Positions 12,098 through 22,151 of a stretch of 64,000 nucleotides of DNA are shown piece by piece. How positions within the stretch are numbered: the stretch's first letter is position 1; each line of letters opens with the position of its first letter. Under the pieces are notes generated by a model. That model had not been told where the DNA came from. It did not search any database and saw only the letters and a list, made by a program, of their open reading frames with translations. A program made the translations under genes and the position numbers. Source of the DNA: Azolla caroliniana (Eukaryota; Plantae; Polypodiophyta); contig JBHGNT010000006.1 of the NCBI GenBank assembly GCA_043228905.1, positions 14,384,001-14,448,000 of the forward strand. Direction: 5' to 3'.

Positions 12098-14431
12098 TTG
12101 TATATATACACATTGTGGCTCCCCTTTCTTTTCCCCTTTTCCCATATTCCCTCCCTCCCTCTCTCTCTCTCTCTCTTGGATGTAGTTAAGGATAAAGAGA
12201 ATTACCAAAAGCATTTGCATGAGTATAAAAGACTTATTCAAAGAAAGAGAAGAATATGGGAAGTTACTCAACAATTTATCCAAACGCAAGAGAAAGCACA
12301 TGCATGTGCTAAATTTTGGGGAAATCTAAAGGGAAAACGTGTTGAGAGTTATGGTGACTTAACTCTTCACGACTTGTCTATGCATTGTAAGAATTTATAT
12401 GAGTTATCTCTTGCCGGAAAGATGATGTGTTATGGTTCTCTTTCACATATGCCTTCCTTCTTTACAATTGAAGATATATGCATAGGACTTAAGAAATTGG
12501 CCTCTCGAAAGGCAAGCGATCTTCAATGTATAAAGGCTGAAATGCTCAAATGGACGGGAAAGGAAGCACATATATGGATAAGCGATATGTTTAATGATGC
12601 ATTGCAACATGGTATGCCGTACGATTGGACTACAAATTGGATCAAACCTTTACATAAAGGTGGAGATATAAATAATGTAAACAACTATCGAACCATCATG
12701 GTTGGCTCATTAATGGCAAAACTATTTGGATGTATAATGGAATCAAAGATAAGTGTATGGGCTGAAAAAAGTGGTAAGAGAGCTTATGGACAAGCTGGCT
12801 TTCGGAAACACCATAGCACCATTGATCACCTTATCACCCTTCGAGTATTAATGGAGGAAAGTCGCCTTAGAGGTAAAGGTTTATATTGTTGCTTTGTAGA
12901 CTTCAAGAAAGCTTTTGATATGGTACCTCGTGAGCATCTTTGGAGGCGAATGGAAGAACTTGAGGTGCCAAGTGAATATATGCTTGCAATTTCCCGAATT
13001 TATGAGAAGGTTATATGTTGTGTGCGCATGAAAGATAAACTTTCAGATTTTTTCAAAAGCACTATTGGTGTTAAGCAAGGATGCCCACTCTCACCAACAC
13101 TATTTGGTCTATGCATTGATGAATTGGAAGAAATGGTTACCAAGTTTGCAAAGGAAGAATGTGTTGAAGAAGTTGCCATTGGGAATGTTGTGATTATGCT
13201 TTTGCTATATGCAGATGACGTAGTGCTTTTTGCAAATACTTTAGGAGATGCACAAAAGCTTATGAAGGCATTGGAAAAATTTTGCATGCATACTAAATTA
13301 AGTGTCAATAGCTCTAAAACAAAGATTATGCTTGTGAAGAGCCAAAAAAGAGATAAACCATGCATTATGTACAACAATGAGCCACTTGAATGTGTGGAAA
13401 GCTTCAAATATCTTGGCCTTGAAGTTCCTTCAAATCATAGATGGAATGAATGTGCTACACGCCGCTTAGAGGCGGGCAAACGAGCATACTATGCATTTGA
13501 GAACACATGCAATCTTGGAGATATTAAGTGTTGGGTCCTCAAGAAATATCTTTTTGACACTTTGGTGACACCAGTTCTTCTCTATGGGGTGGAAGTATGG
13601 GGCGGTAGCATCCCTAACTCTATGTGGAAAGAGTTTGAAAATGTCCAAAAGCATTTTCTTACCAAGTTTCTACAAGTTAAGAAACAAACGCCCTACACCC
13701 TCCTCCTCCTTGAGACGGGATCGCTTCCCATTGAGATCATGGCCATGGAAAGGGTTGTTGAATACATGCTTAAGGTTCAAAAAAGTCCCTCACATCGACT
13801 TCCTAGAATTGCGTGGGAAGCAAGCAAAAAGATCCAAAAGACGCATAAAAGCAAAATTTTGTGTTCCGGTTGGATGCAAGATATAGAAAAATGGTTTGGT
13901 AGATGGGATGCGAGACACTTGCTTCATGATGCATCATTAGATTCCTCTATAAATGAGGCATTTTTGCAACGCCAATGTATCATGACATGGGACAAATGTG
14001 GAGGCTCACGCTTCACACATTATACTACACATGTTGCACCTAACTACAAAACCATATTCTTTGCGGAACGGGGAAATCGTACACATCCATACATGTTAGA
14101 GCCCATACCGTTATCTGCCATTCGAACCATTGCTTCCATGCGACTTAGCTCACATGCATTGCGATGTGAAACAGGGCGTTGGGGTACAAGTGATGAGAGT
14201 GGTCGGCTATGCACACTTTGCCCTAAACAAGTTCGCGAGTCTGAGTATCACACTTTGATACAATGCTCTGCCTTTGATCATATTCGACCATGCTTTCCAC
14301 ATCTCTTCGATCGAGCCCAATCTTTGCATGAATTCCTCTCACAACCACAATGTGCACTCTCGATTGCAACATTCATTGGTAAAGTTCTTGAACATCGAGA
14401 GTCAATACTCACTTTCACACGTATCACGTGA
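12098..14431 (+). CDS. LINE reverse transcriptase ORF; no endonuclease domain; first ~26 codons are flanking DNA
   Basis: Uninterrupted 777-codon frame with non-LTR RT motifs. Confidence 0.85.
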   Translation: MYIYTLWLPFLFPFSHIPSLPLSLSLLDVVKDKENYQKHLHEYKRLIQRKRRIWEVTQQFIQTQEKAHACAKFWGNLKGKRVESYGDLTLHDLSMHCKNLYELSLAGKMMCYGSLSHMPSFFTIEDICIGLKKLASRKASDLQCIKAEMLKWTGKEAHIWISDMFNDALQHGMPYDWTTNWIKPLHKGGDINNVNNYRTIMVGSLMAKLFGCIMESKISVWAEKSGKRAYGQAGFRKHHSTIDHLITLRVLMEESRLRGKGLYCCFVDFKKAFDMVPREHLWRRMEELEVPSEYMLAISRIYEKVICCVRMKDKLSDFFKSTIGVKQGCPLSPTLFGLCIDELEEMVTKFAKEECVEEVAIGNVVIMLLLYADDVVLFANTLGDAQKLMKALEKFCMHTKLSVNSSKTKIMLVKSQKRDKPCIMYNNEPLECVESFKYLGLEVPSNHRWNECATRRLEAGKRAYYAFENTCNLGDIKCWVLKKYLFDTLVTPVLLYGVEVWGGSIPNSMWKEFENVQKHFLTKFLQVKKQTPYTLLLLETGSLPIEIMAMERVVEYMLKVQKSPSHRLPRIAWEASKKIQKTHKSKILCSGWMQDIEKWFGRWDARHLLHDASLDSSINEAFLQRQCIMTWDKCGGSRFTHYTTHVAPNYKTIFFAERGNRTHPYMLEPIPLSAIRTIASMRLSSHALRCETGRWGTSDESGRLCTLCPKQVRESEYHTLIQCSAFDHIRPCFPHLFDRAQSLHEFLSQPQCALSIATFIGKVLEHRESILTFTRIT

Positions 14432-14514
14432 AATGTAACATTTTTGGTCTCATAGGTCATATTTGATCTCCGAAGACGATAATATAATCTATCTATCTAT
14501 CTATCTATCTATCT
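12177..14514 (+). mobile_element. 5'-truncated LINE (RT plus C-terminal CCHC; RTEX/CR1-L2-like) with (ATCT)n tail, inside a (CT)n microsatellite
   Basis: RT motifs FVDFKKAFD, GVKQGCPLSP, LLYADD, FKYLG; C-terminal SSHALRCETGRW...CTLC...H...C; (ATCT)7 at 14487-14514; (CT)n on both flanks. Confidence 0.92.
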
Positions 14515-14763
14515 CTCTCTCTCTCTCTCTCTCATCCTCTTTTGGCCACTTTCACATCACGAAAGTGTAAGAATACAAGGATGCTCATTATGATTGATAT
14601 AAAAACATGCTCTATCTTGAGTATCTCATGTAATATATTTCTTGCATATCCCTCATAAGTTTTTGTGTACTCTAGTCCACGTCGATGCACATTAACATCA
14701 ACAGGGGCTCATGATTGAAAATGATCATGCATCAACATAAAAGGATTATATCCAGTTGAAGTA

Positions 14764-15140
14764 TGTTTAGAGTTGTTTTAAGAAAAATCTAATAATGGGT
14801 GGTATTGTTCTCATTGTATAGTATCCTTCACCACACCGATTGCAGAATAATATGGAACTTGTGTATGGAGTTAGCAGGCAAGTAACAAGAGCGATATGGT
14901 GTAGTATTTCTTTCAATAAGATATACATAGAGATGGAGAGAGAGCAAGAGAAATAGCAACACAATTGTATAGCAAGATGACAGTTACATTCAAGAATCCC
15001 TTCGAACTAATTTACAAGACTCAGTTCCCTCTTATTTATAGTTTGGGTAATTGAGCCCTAGCTCCCTTTGAGAGTGTTCACACTAGGAGAATACAAAAGA
15101 TGGGTAGAGTGGGACTTTTATCCCAACAAACTCCCCGTAA
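14764..15140 (-). repeat. Orphan 3' LTR plus PPT (copia-like) joined to truncated H gag
   Basis: Minus strand ACGGGGAGTT-TGTTGGGA at 15128; TATA-like site ~15033-15041; left end approximate. Confidence 0.55.
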
Positions 15141-15767
15141 AAGGACTACTCCAATTGTGCCTAAATTGGGCTTCTTCGGTTTTTGGTAAAGCACCTCGGA
15201 GGGAGCTCATGGAGAAAGGGTTGTTGTTTTGTGTTGGGCGGCAAGCTCAACCGGATCCGGATCGGCATCCAGAAGGATGAGACGGATCGGTGAGCCAGTG
15301 AGCTGGGGAGCCGGTTAGCTAGATCCATCAGTAACCGGAAGCCTAGTAGCAGCTTAGACTACTAGGTAGTTAATGTCTCATAGTTAGTGTCAGACGCTTG
15401 TGTGAGCATTGAAGTACACCGTACTTCTGTCAGTCCGTATGGACTTGTATAAAAGTGTTCACTAAACACATACGATGTACATACAGAGTATTATTTTTGA
15501 ATTGAGTTTTGTGCTCTGTCTCTGTCTCTGTCTCTGTCTCTCCCACGTACTATGTATATTCAAGCTCTCCATTAAACCTGCATATTTTCTGTGTTCGGTT
15601 TTCTATTGCTTTTGCACGCTATTCTTTACATGGTATCAAAGTGCGAGGGTTGAGAACCTCTGCAACCGACATAGCTTGAAAAGAAAACCAACCAAGAAGA
15701 ACAGGAAAAACAAAATGGATAGAGGCATGGCTAGCTCGTTCCTACCGAGAAGCTCAACAGAAACAAC

Positions 15768-15856
15768 TGTTGGAGACGAGGTCGTCTATGCGGAAGATCA
15801 AGAAGCATTCGATTGGTGTTTGAATACCTGCGTATGACAGTTTCTAGGTCGTTGCA

Positions 15857-15904
<48 letters not shown>

Positions 15905-18900
15905 AAAGAGTTTCTATTCCACAAAGCAATAATACAACACCCAACCTTACAAAAAGGTTACAAGGTCACTATATATAGTGACCGACTTAGGGCAACTACC
16001 CTTTATGCTAATTACACAAATGGCCCAAAGGGATAGTGTGAATACGTCCATTATACACATGTATTCGACACTCCCCCGTAATGGGCGTATACATGGGTTG
16101 TCTAAGATTACAGGTATAGACTTAGGTTCTCGGACGTATCAGCTTTGTTCGAGTCGGCAGGGTCCGAAGGCAGAAGACCGAACTGGTCGGGTCGGAACAG
16201 TTGAAGCCGATCATTAAGGAACTGATGTCGGTTGTCGGGAACCATCCTGCTCTGTGTCCGGCTCTAACCGGACTGGTTTGTCGTTACGCCCATCTGATGC
16301 CGAAGAGACCGAAAACGGTCTGCCGAAAGACACTTGGTCATTCCATCTGCGACATTGTCGGTTGTGGATATTTTCTCTAGACCGATTTTCCCTGAAATGA
16401 CGCAGTCCCGAACGAAGTGATATCGAACGTCGATATGTTTGGAGGCGTTGTGGTGAACCGGATTTTTCGACAAGGCAACAGCACCTTGACTGTCGTTGTA
16501 GACAACTGGAGCCGAGTCATGGTCGACTTGTCGAAACGTGTGCGCCAGCCGACCGAGCCACAAAGCTTCTTTTGCTGCGTCGGACGCAGCTACATATTCT
16601 GCTTCGGTCGTTGAGGTCGCTGTGCACTCCTGAAGTTTCGACTTCCACGAGATTGCTCCATTGCCGAATTTGAAGCAGTATCCGGTTGTTGATTTCCGAC
16701 TGTCTATACAGCCGGCGAAGTCCGAGTCGGTGTAACCGACTACGCCTGAGGTTCGGTTCGGACCGAAAAGAATGCCGTGGTCTTTTGTGCCAGCCAGATA
16801 TCTGAACACATGCTTGACTGCGTTCCAATGCGATCGGCCAGGATTGTGCATAAATCTGCTAACGACTCCTACGGCATGAGAAATATCAGGCCGTGTCGCA
16901 ACCATCAGGTACATAAGGGAGCCGACTGCCGGTGCATACGGTACCGACTTCATATCTTCCCCCTCCGGACCGGATGTCGGGCAGTCTCGCTGAGAGAGCC
17001 GAAGATTCATGGGGAGCGGGGTTGATGCAGATTTGGCTGATTGCATGTTGAAGCGTTCTAAGACACGTCGGATATAGTCGGTCTGAGACAAAAAAAGATG
17101 TCGTTTATCGCGATGCCGACTAATCTTCATGCCGAGTATGTGTCGTGCCGGACCGAGGTCCTTCATGGCAAACTTCAACCGCAGTTGCCGAATGAGATCG
17201 GCAAGTTCGCCCGCGTGGCGTCCAGAGATTAGCATGTCGTCCACGTAAATGATGAGGAAGATGGGTGATCCATCTTGAGCTGTGTTGGTAAAAAGACAAT
17301 GGTCCTCATCGCTTTTTGAGAAGCCGATTGATTGGATGAAGTCGTCGAACTTCTTGTACCATTGTCGCGGTGCCTGTTTGAGGCCGTATAGACTCTTCCT
17401 GAGTCGGCAGACTAGATGTTCTTGGCCAGTTGCCACGAAGCCTTTTGGCTGCTCCATATAAATTTCCTCTTCAAGATCACCATGGAGGAAGGCGGTTTTG
17501 ACATCTAGCTGAATCAGCTCCAAGTTGTCGGCTGCCACTACGCCGAGTAGAAAACGAAGGGTTGTCATTTTCACCACTGGTGAAAAAATCTCGTCGAAGT
17601 CGACGCCATATTCTTGTCGGAAGCCCTTCGCAACTAATCTGGCCTTGTACTTTGGGGTGGTCGAATCAGACGTCTCTTTAAGTCGATAAACCCACTTGCA
17701 AGGGAGAGCACGTCGATTCTTAGGTAATTCGACCAGATCCCAAGTCTTGTTTGCCCGAATGGAGTGCATTTCCGACTCCATCGCCAGATGCCAGGTGGCG
17801 GAATCGACAGATGTCGATGCCTCTTCGTAAGACGTCGGTTCGCCGGCGTCGGTGAAGAAAATTCCAGGAGAATACCTCTCCGGAGGTTGCGACAGTCTCT
17901 CGGATCGTCGAGGTATGATTGGACTGGTCGCATCGGGTATCGAGGTCGGATGGTCCGAAAGCGAGTCATTCGGCTGTGCCGAGTCGGAGTTGTCCGAGTC
18001 GGTAGTGTAAGGTTCAGCTACCCGTGAAGCTGACCGTGTGTTAAGAGCGGGGCCTTCTTGAAGGGTCGGCACATCGGAAAATGTTACCCTTCGGACTTCG
18101 ATCGGTTTTTCGACTGATGGATTCATAGCCGACTCGTTGAACACAACGTCCGAACTTCGAACGATTTGTCTGCGTTCGGGGTCCCAGAGTCGGTATCCCA
18201 TTTCGCCGTCTGATCCATATCCAAGGAAAATGCATTTCCTGGACCGAGGTGCAAGTTTTCGGCGATCATCTTTCGGAATAAGGGCGTACGCCTCGCATCC
18301 GAAGATCCTCAGCTTGTCGTAATTCGGCCTACTGCCGATCCATAGTTCCTGAGGAATTTGAAGTCCTAGAGGTCTACTTGGCGACATATTGATTATGTGT
18401 ACTGCCGTGAGTAGAGCCTCTGCCCAGAAGCCATCCGACAGTCCGGAGTGTTGGAGCATGGAAACTATCCTTTCTTGGATTGTCCGATTCATTCGTTCTG
18501 CAATCCCGTTTTGCTCCGGACTGTGTGGTGCCGTAAATTCACGTCGGATGCCGCGTTGTCGGCAGAATTTGACGAATTCTTCGGATTTGAACTCTCCCCC
18601 ATTGTCTGTCCGAAAGCATTTCAGCTTTCGGTCGGTTTGATTTTCTACCATAGCGAGCCAATCGGAGAAGATCGAGAAGACACGATCTTTGGTGCGAATT
18701 GGATAAGCCCACACCTTCCGAGTCGAATCGTCAATAAAACTGACGAAGTAAGAGGCACCGCCAAGAGACTGATGCGGCATTGGGCCACAGACGTCCGAGT
18801 GGACTAGATCGAGAGGTCTCGTTTCTCTTGGTGCTGATGTCGGGTGTGATGCGGCTGCTTGTTTGCCATACTGGCAATGCTCGCAGAATTGATGGTCGGA

Positions 18901-21059
18901 GAAGGAGAGTTTGGGGATGTATCCGGCTCTAGATAGATGCGTAATGCCGGCCTTGCTGAGGTGTCCTAATCTTCGGTGCCATAGTGATGACACAGGAATA
19001 TCCACCAAAAACAGGTTACCCTCTCTGAGCGTAACATGTAACGGATACAGTGAGTGTATCTTGGGTCCTCTAGCAAGCAGGAGGTTCCCCCTGTGGAGTG
19101 TCCACCCTCCCGAAGAAAAGCCGGCACGAATGCCCTCTTCATCTAGTTGTCCGACTGAGATCAATGGCCTTGAGAGCTCGGGTACATGTCGGACATTGTG
19201 GAGTACAAGTGTAGAGCCACCTGCAAGGTTGAGCTCTACTGTGCCGATTCCGATGATGTCACAGTGTTGTGAGTTGCCGACTCGAACTGAGTCGGAGTGA
19301 CGGATCGTATATTGCCGAAATTGGGATCGATGAGGAGTCACGTGAAATGACGTGCCCGAATCTAAGAGCCATGTGCTCGACTCTTCAGTCGTGAGTAGGA
19401 CTTCTGATCCGACTAGATTTTCGATTGATAGTATATTCGGGTCGTCTGGTAGCACATCAGCTGAGAAGCTGACGTAATTGATCTCCTCATGCCGGCCACT
19501 CTTCTTGTTGTTCTTGTTCTTGAGTGCGCGGCAGTCGGCTTTGATGTGTCCGGGTTTCTTGCAATAGTTGCAGATTCGGTTATCCCGTGACTGGCTCCGT
19601 CTTCGCTGATTGTTCGGCGGTCGTGAGGAATCTCTTCCTCGTATGTTCGATCGGTCTGTCGAACCTTGTACTACATAAGCGTCGTCTGTTGAGTCTTTGG
19701 CGAAAGACTTTCTCCGAGCTGCTTCGGTCAGGATTGCGCTCGTGACTTCGGAGTATTTGACAGCCGTGGTTGACGCGTTGCACACGGTTGTGACGAAAGT
19801 TTCCCATGATGAGGGAAGGCTACTCATGAGTATCATTGCTCTGAGTTCATCCTCAATTGCCGTCCCCTGAGATGAGATTTGGGAGCTTATGCTTTCGTAC
19901 TCATTAAGGTGTGCTTGAACCGAATCAGATTCTTTCATCCGCAAGTTGTAGAGGCGCCGGATCAGAAACATCTTCGTTGCGGCGACCTTCTTTTCGTAAG
20001 TGTCCGACAGTGTTTTCCACAGTTCGAATGCTGTCGTACACGATTGCACCGTAAAGTATACCGTTTCCGATAGGTGCATCCGAATCGTGGCGCGGACGAT
20101 TCTGTCCAGCTTCTGCCACTCAATTGGTTTGTATCCTTCTGGAGGTTCTTCATTTTCGATGGGATCGATTTGCCCCTTGACTATGAGATAGTCCTGCATT
20201 TGCTCCTTCCAGAAGTTGAAGTTCGATCCATCGAACTTTCGTAGACTCATTTCTGACGAGCCGGATGTTGATGCCATCAAATTTGGTTTCGGTTAACGAA
20301 GCTCGGTTCGGAGTTGACTACGAACCTTGTTGGAGTGCAGCCGGTTGGCTCACCCGATATCGTTCTAGTTGGATTTGAACCCGAGTCGGTTCGGCTTCGG
20401 ATATATGTATTGTTGAACTTGCTCGAATTGACTCCGGTAACTTGAGGGACAGAACCGACTGGTCTTCCCGAATGTTGCCGAGTCGGAGTGAGCCCGGTTC
20501 GCTTCGGATATATATGCCGAATACCGATTATTGAAACCGATTATCTGGACCGATTCTGCTTCGGTTGACTGCAGCAACGAGAGAGACGGATCCAACTGAT
20601 CCTCCCGAATGTCGATAAGCCAGATGAAGCACGAATTTGGGTTGTTGTCTTGAGACCGATCTGCACCGAGTGGTTACAATGAGCGGCGAGCAGCGTTTGA
20701 TGACCTCTTCGGATGCCGTTTAACCGAATGGAGCACGATCGTGTCAATGTTGCACAAGGGGATTTCACCTCGAGCGGTTACGATCACAAGGGACAGAGTA
20801 CAACCTGCTGGCTTACTCCAAGCGAAGATGATCTAACGCGATGAGATGCAAGCCTCGTTTCTCTTCTTCTTCTCTCTTCTTCGAATGACGCAGGAAACCG
20901 AATGCTGTGCAGGCTGAGACGACGGCCGACAGCGGATTGAAGGACCGATTACTGTGCAGGCTCTGATACCAGATGTTGGAGACGAGGTCGTCTATGCGGA
21001 AGATCAAGAAGCATTCGATTGGTGTTTGAATACCTGCGTATGACAGTTTCTAGGTCGTT

Positions 21060-21099
<40 letters not shown>

Positions 21100-21266
21100 A
21101 AAAGAGTTTCTATTCCACAAAGCAATAATACAACACCCAACCTTACAAAAAGGTTACAAGGTCACTATATATAGTGACCGACTTAGGGCAACTACCCTTT
21201 ATGCTAATTACACAAATGGCCCAAAGGGATAGTGTGAATACGTCCATTATACACATGTATTCGACA
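15768..21266 (-). mobile_element. Intact, very young Ty1/copia C (Tnt1/Tork-like)
   Basis: LTRs at 15768-16070 and 20974-21266 differ only in and beside the (GA)n tract; TSD ACAAC; perfect iMet PBS 20960-20971; PPT 16071-16079. Confidence 0.97.
16264..20280 (-). CDS. gag-pol: Gag-Pol polyprotein (1338 aa) of copia C
   Basis: CNYCKKPGHIKADC zinc knuckle, WLLDSG protease, WHRRLGH/CEHC integrase zinc finger, DVCGP/TDNGGE/QNGIAE DDE core, YVDD RT, YTDSD RNase H; no stops. Confidence 0.97.
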   Translation of the reverse strand: MMASTSGSSEMSLRKFDGSNFNFWKEQMQDYLIVKGQIDPIENEEPPEGYKPIEWQKLDRIVRATIRMHLSETVYFTVQSCTTAFELWKTLSDTYEKKVAATKMFLIRRLYNLRMKESDSVQAHLNEYESISSQISSQGTAIEDELRAMILMSSLPSSWETFVTTVCNASTTAVKYSEVTSAILTEAARRKSFAKDSTDDAYVVQGSTDRSNIRGRDSSRPPNNQRRRSQSRDNRICNYCKKPGHIKADCRALKNKNNKKSGRHEEINYVSFSADVLPDDPNILSIENLVGSEVLLTTEESSTWLLDSGTSFHVTPHRSQFRQYTIRHSDSVRVGNSQHCDIIGIGTVELNLAGGSTLVLHNVRHVPELSRPLISVGQLDEEGIRAGFSSGGWTLHRGNLLLARGPKIHSLYPLHVTLREGNLFLVDIPVSSLWHRRLGHLSKAGITHLSRAGYIPKLSFSDHQFCEHCQYGKQAAASHPTSAPRETRPLDLVHSDVCGPMPHQSLGGASYFVSFIDDSTRKVWAYPIRTKDRVFSIFSDWLAMVENQTDRKLKCFRTDNGGEFKSEEFVKFCRQRGIRREFTAPHSPEQNGIAERMNRTIQERIVSMLQHSGLSDGFWAEALLTAVHIINMSPSRPLGLQIPQELWIGSRPNYDKLRIFGCEAYALIPKDDRRKLAPRSRKCIFLGYGSDGEMGYRLWDPERRQIVRSSDVVFNESAMNPSVEKPIEVRRVTFSDVPTLQEGPALNTRSASRVAEPYTTDSDNSDSAQPNDSLSDHPTSIPDATSPIIPRRSERLSQPPERYSPGIFFTDAGEPTSYEEASTSVDSATWHLAMESEMHSIRANKTWDLVELPKNRRALPCKWVYRLKETSDSTTPKYKARLVAKGFRQEYGVDFDEIFSPVVKMTTLRFLLGVVAADNLELIQLDVKTAFLHGDLEEEIYMEQPKGFVATGQEHLVCRLRKSLYGLKQAPRQWYKKFDDFIQSIGFSKSDEDHCLFTNTAQDGSPIFLIIYVDDMLISGRHAGELADLIRQLRLKFAMKDLGPARHILGMKISRHRDKRHLFLSQTDYIRRVLERFNMQSAKSASTPLPMNLRLSQRDCPTSGPEGEDMKSVPYAPAVGSLMYLMVATRPDISHAVGVVSRFMHNPGRSHWNAVKHVFRYLAGTKDHGILFGPNRTSGVVGYTDSDFAGCIDSRKSTTGYCFKFGNGAISWKSKLQECTATSTTEAEYVAASDAAKEALWLGRLAHTFRQVDHDSAPVVYNDSQGAVALSKNPVHHNASKHIDVRYHFVRDCVISGKIGLEKISTTDNVADGMTKCLSADRFRSLRHQMGVTTNQSG

Positions 21267-22028
21267 ACAACTACACGTCTTGGTCCTACAAGATGCACCA
21301 GTACCTGCTCGGGCACGGTTACTGGAGCTATGTCGACGGAGCAAATGACACAACACCCAAATCGACACACAGAGATTTCCCGGTGTGGGAACAGTCGGCG
21401 AGTAGAGTACTGTACTGGTTTGCGTCTTGTGTGGGCGAATAGCTCCTAAGCTACATTCGGGATGCAAAAACGCCGAAAAATGCTTGGGGAAATCTGAAGA
21501 AGATTTTCACCGCAAGCACTACAACCAGGAAGCTTCAACTCCGACAGGAGCTGAGCAACCTACGACAACGCGACTTGTCGGTGGCAGACTACACCTCCAA
21601 AATCAAGGACATTTGCGACTCTTTGGCCTCCATCAATGTGAATATCGAAGAAGCCGATATGGTGCAAATCTGTCTCGGAGGTTTGGCGTCAAAGTTCGGA
21701 GTGTTCCGAACTTCTGTGTGTACAAGGGAGAATACGCCGTCATTTTTCGACTTACAGTCGATGCTCCTTGTAGAGGAGAACCATGTTGGTGCGTTAAGAA
21801 GTGCATCCATTGACAACCGAATGCTGTATACGGAGGCGGATCGGCCGCGGGGGCGTGGTGGACGAGGCGGGTCGGCTCGCAATGGTAGCAGCCGGCAAGA
21901 GCAGGACCGAAGGCACAGAGAACGTGCCGACAGTAGTTCCGGACCCTCCATAAGCAGGGGGAGTCAAGGCGGCGCCGGAGGCAGGCAAGCAAAGGCCGAC
22001 ACGGAATGCTGGTACTGTGGTAAAAAGG

Positions 22029-22068
22029 TGTAAACATGAGTGTTTGCGGAAGCGTAAAACAGAGAACA

Positions 22069-22151
<83 letters not shown>

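Noticed and set aside
12098-12176. Hydrophobic N-terminus (signal peptide) of the 777-aa ORF
   Set aside because: It is translated flanking pyrimidine/(CT)n DNA fused in frame to a truncated LINE.
16417-20191. Many short + strand ORFs over C (and similar shadow ORFs over B, D, E, J, M, N)
   Set aside because: Antisense or alternative-frame shadows of gag-pol with no recognisable motifs.
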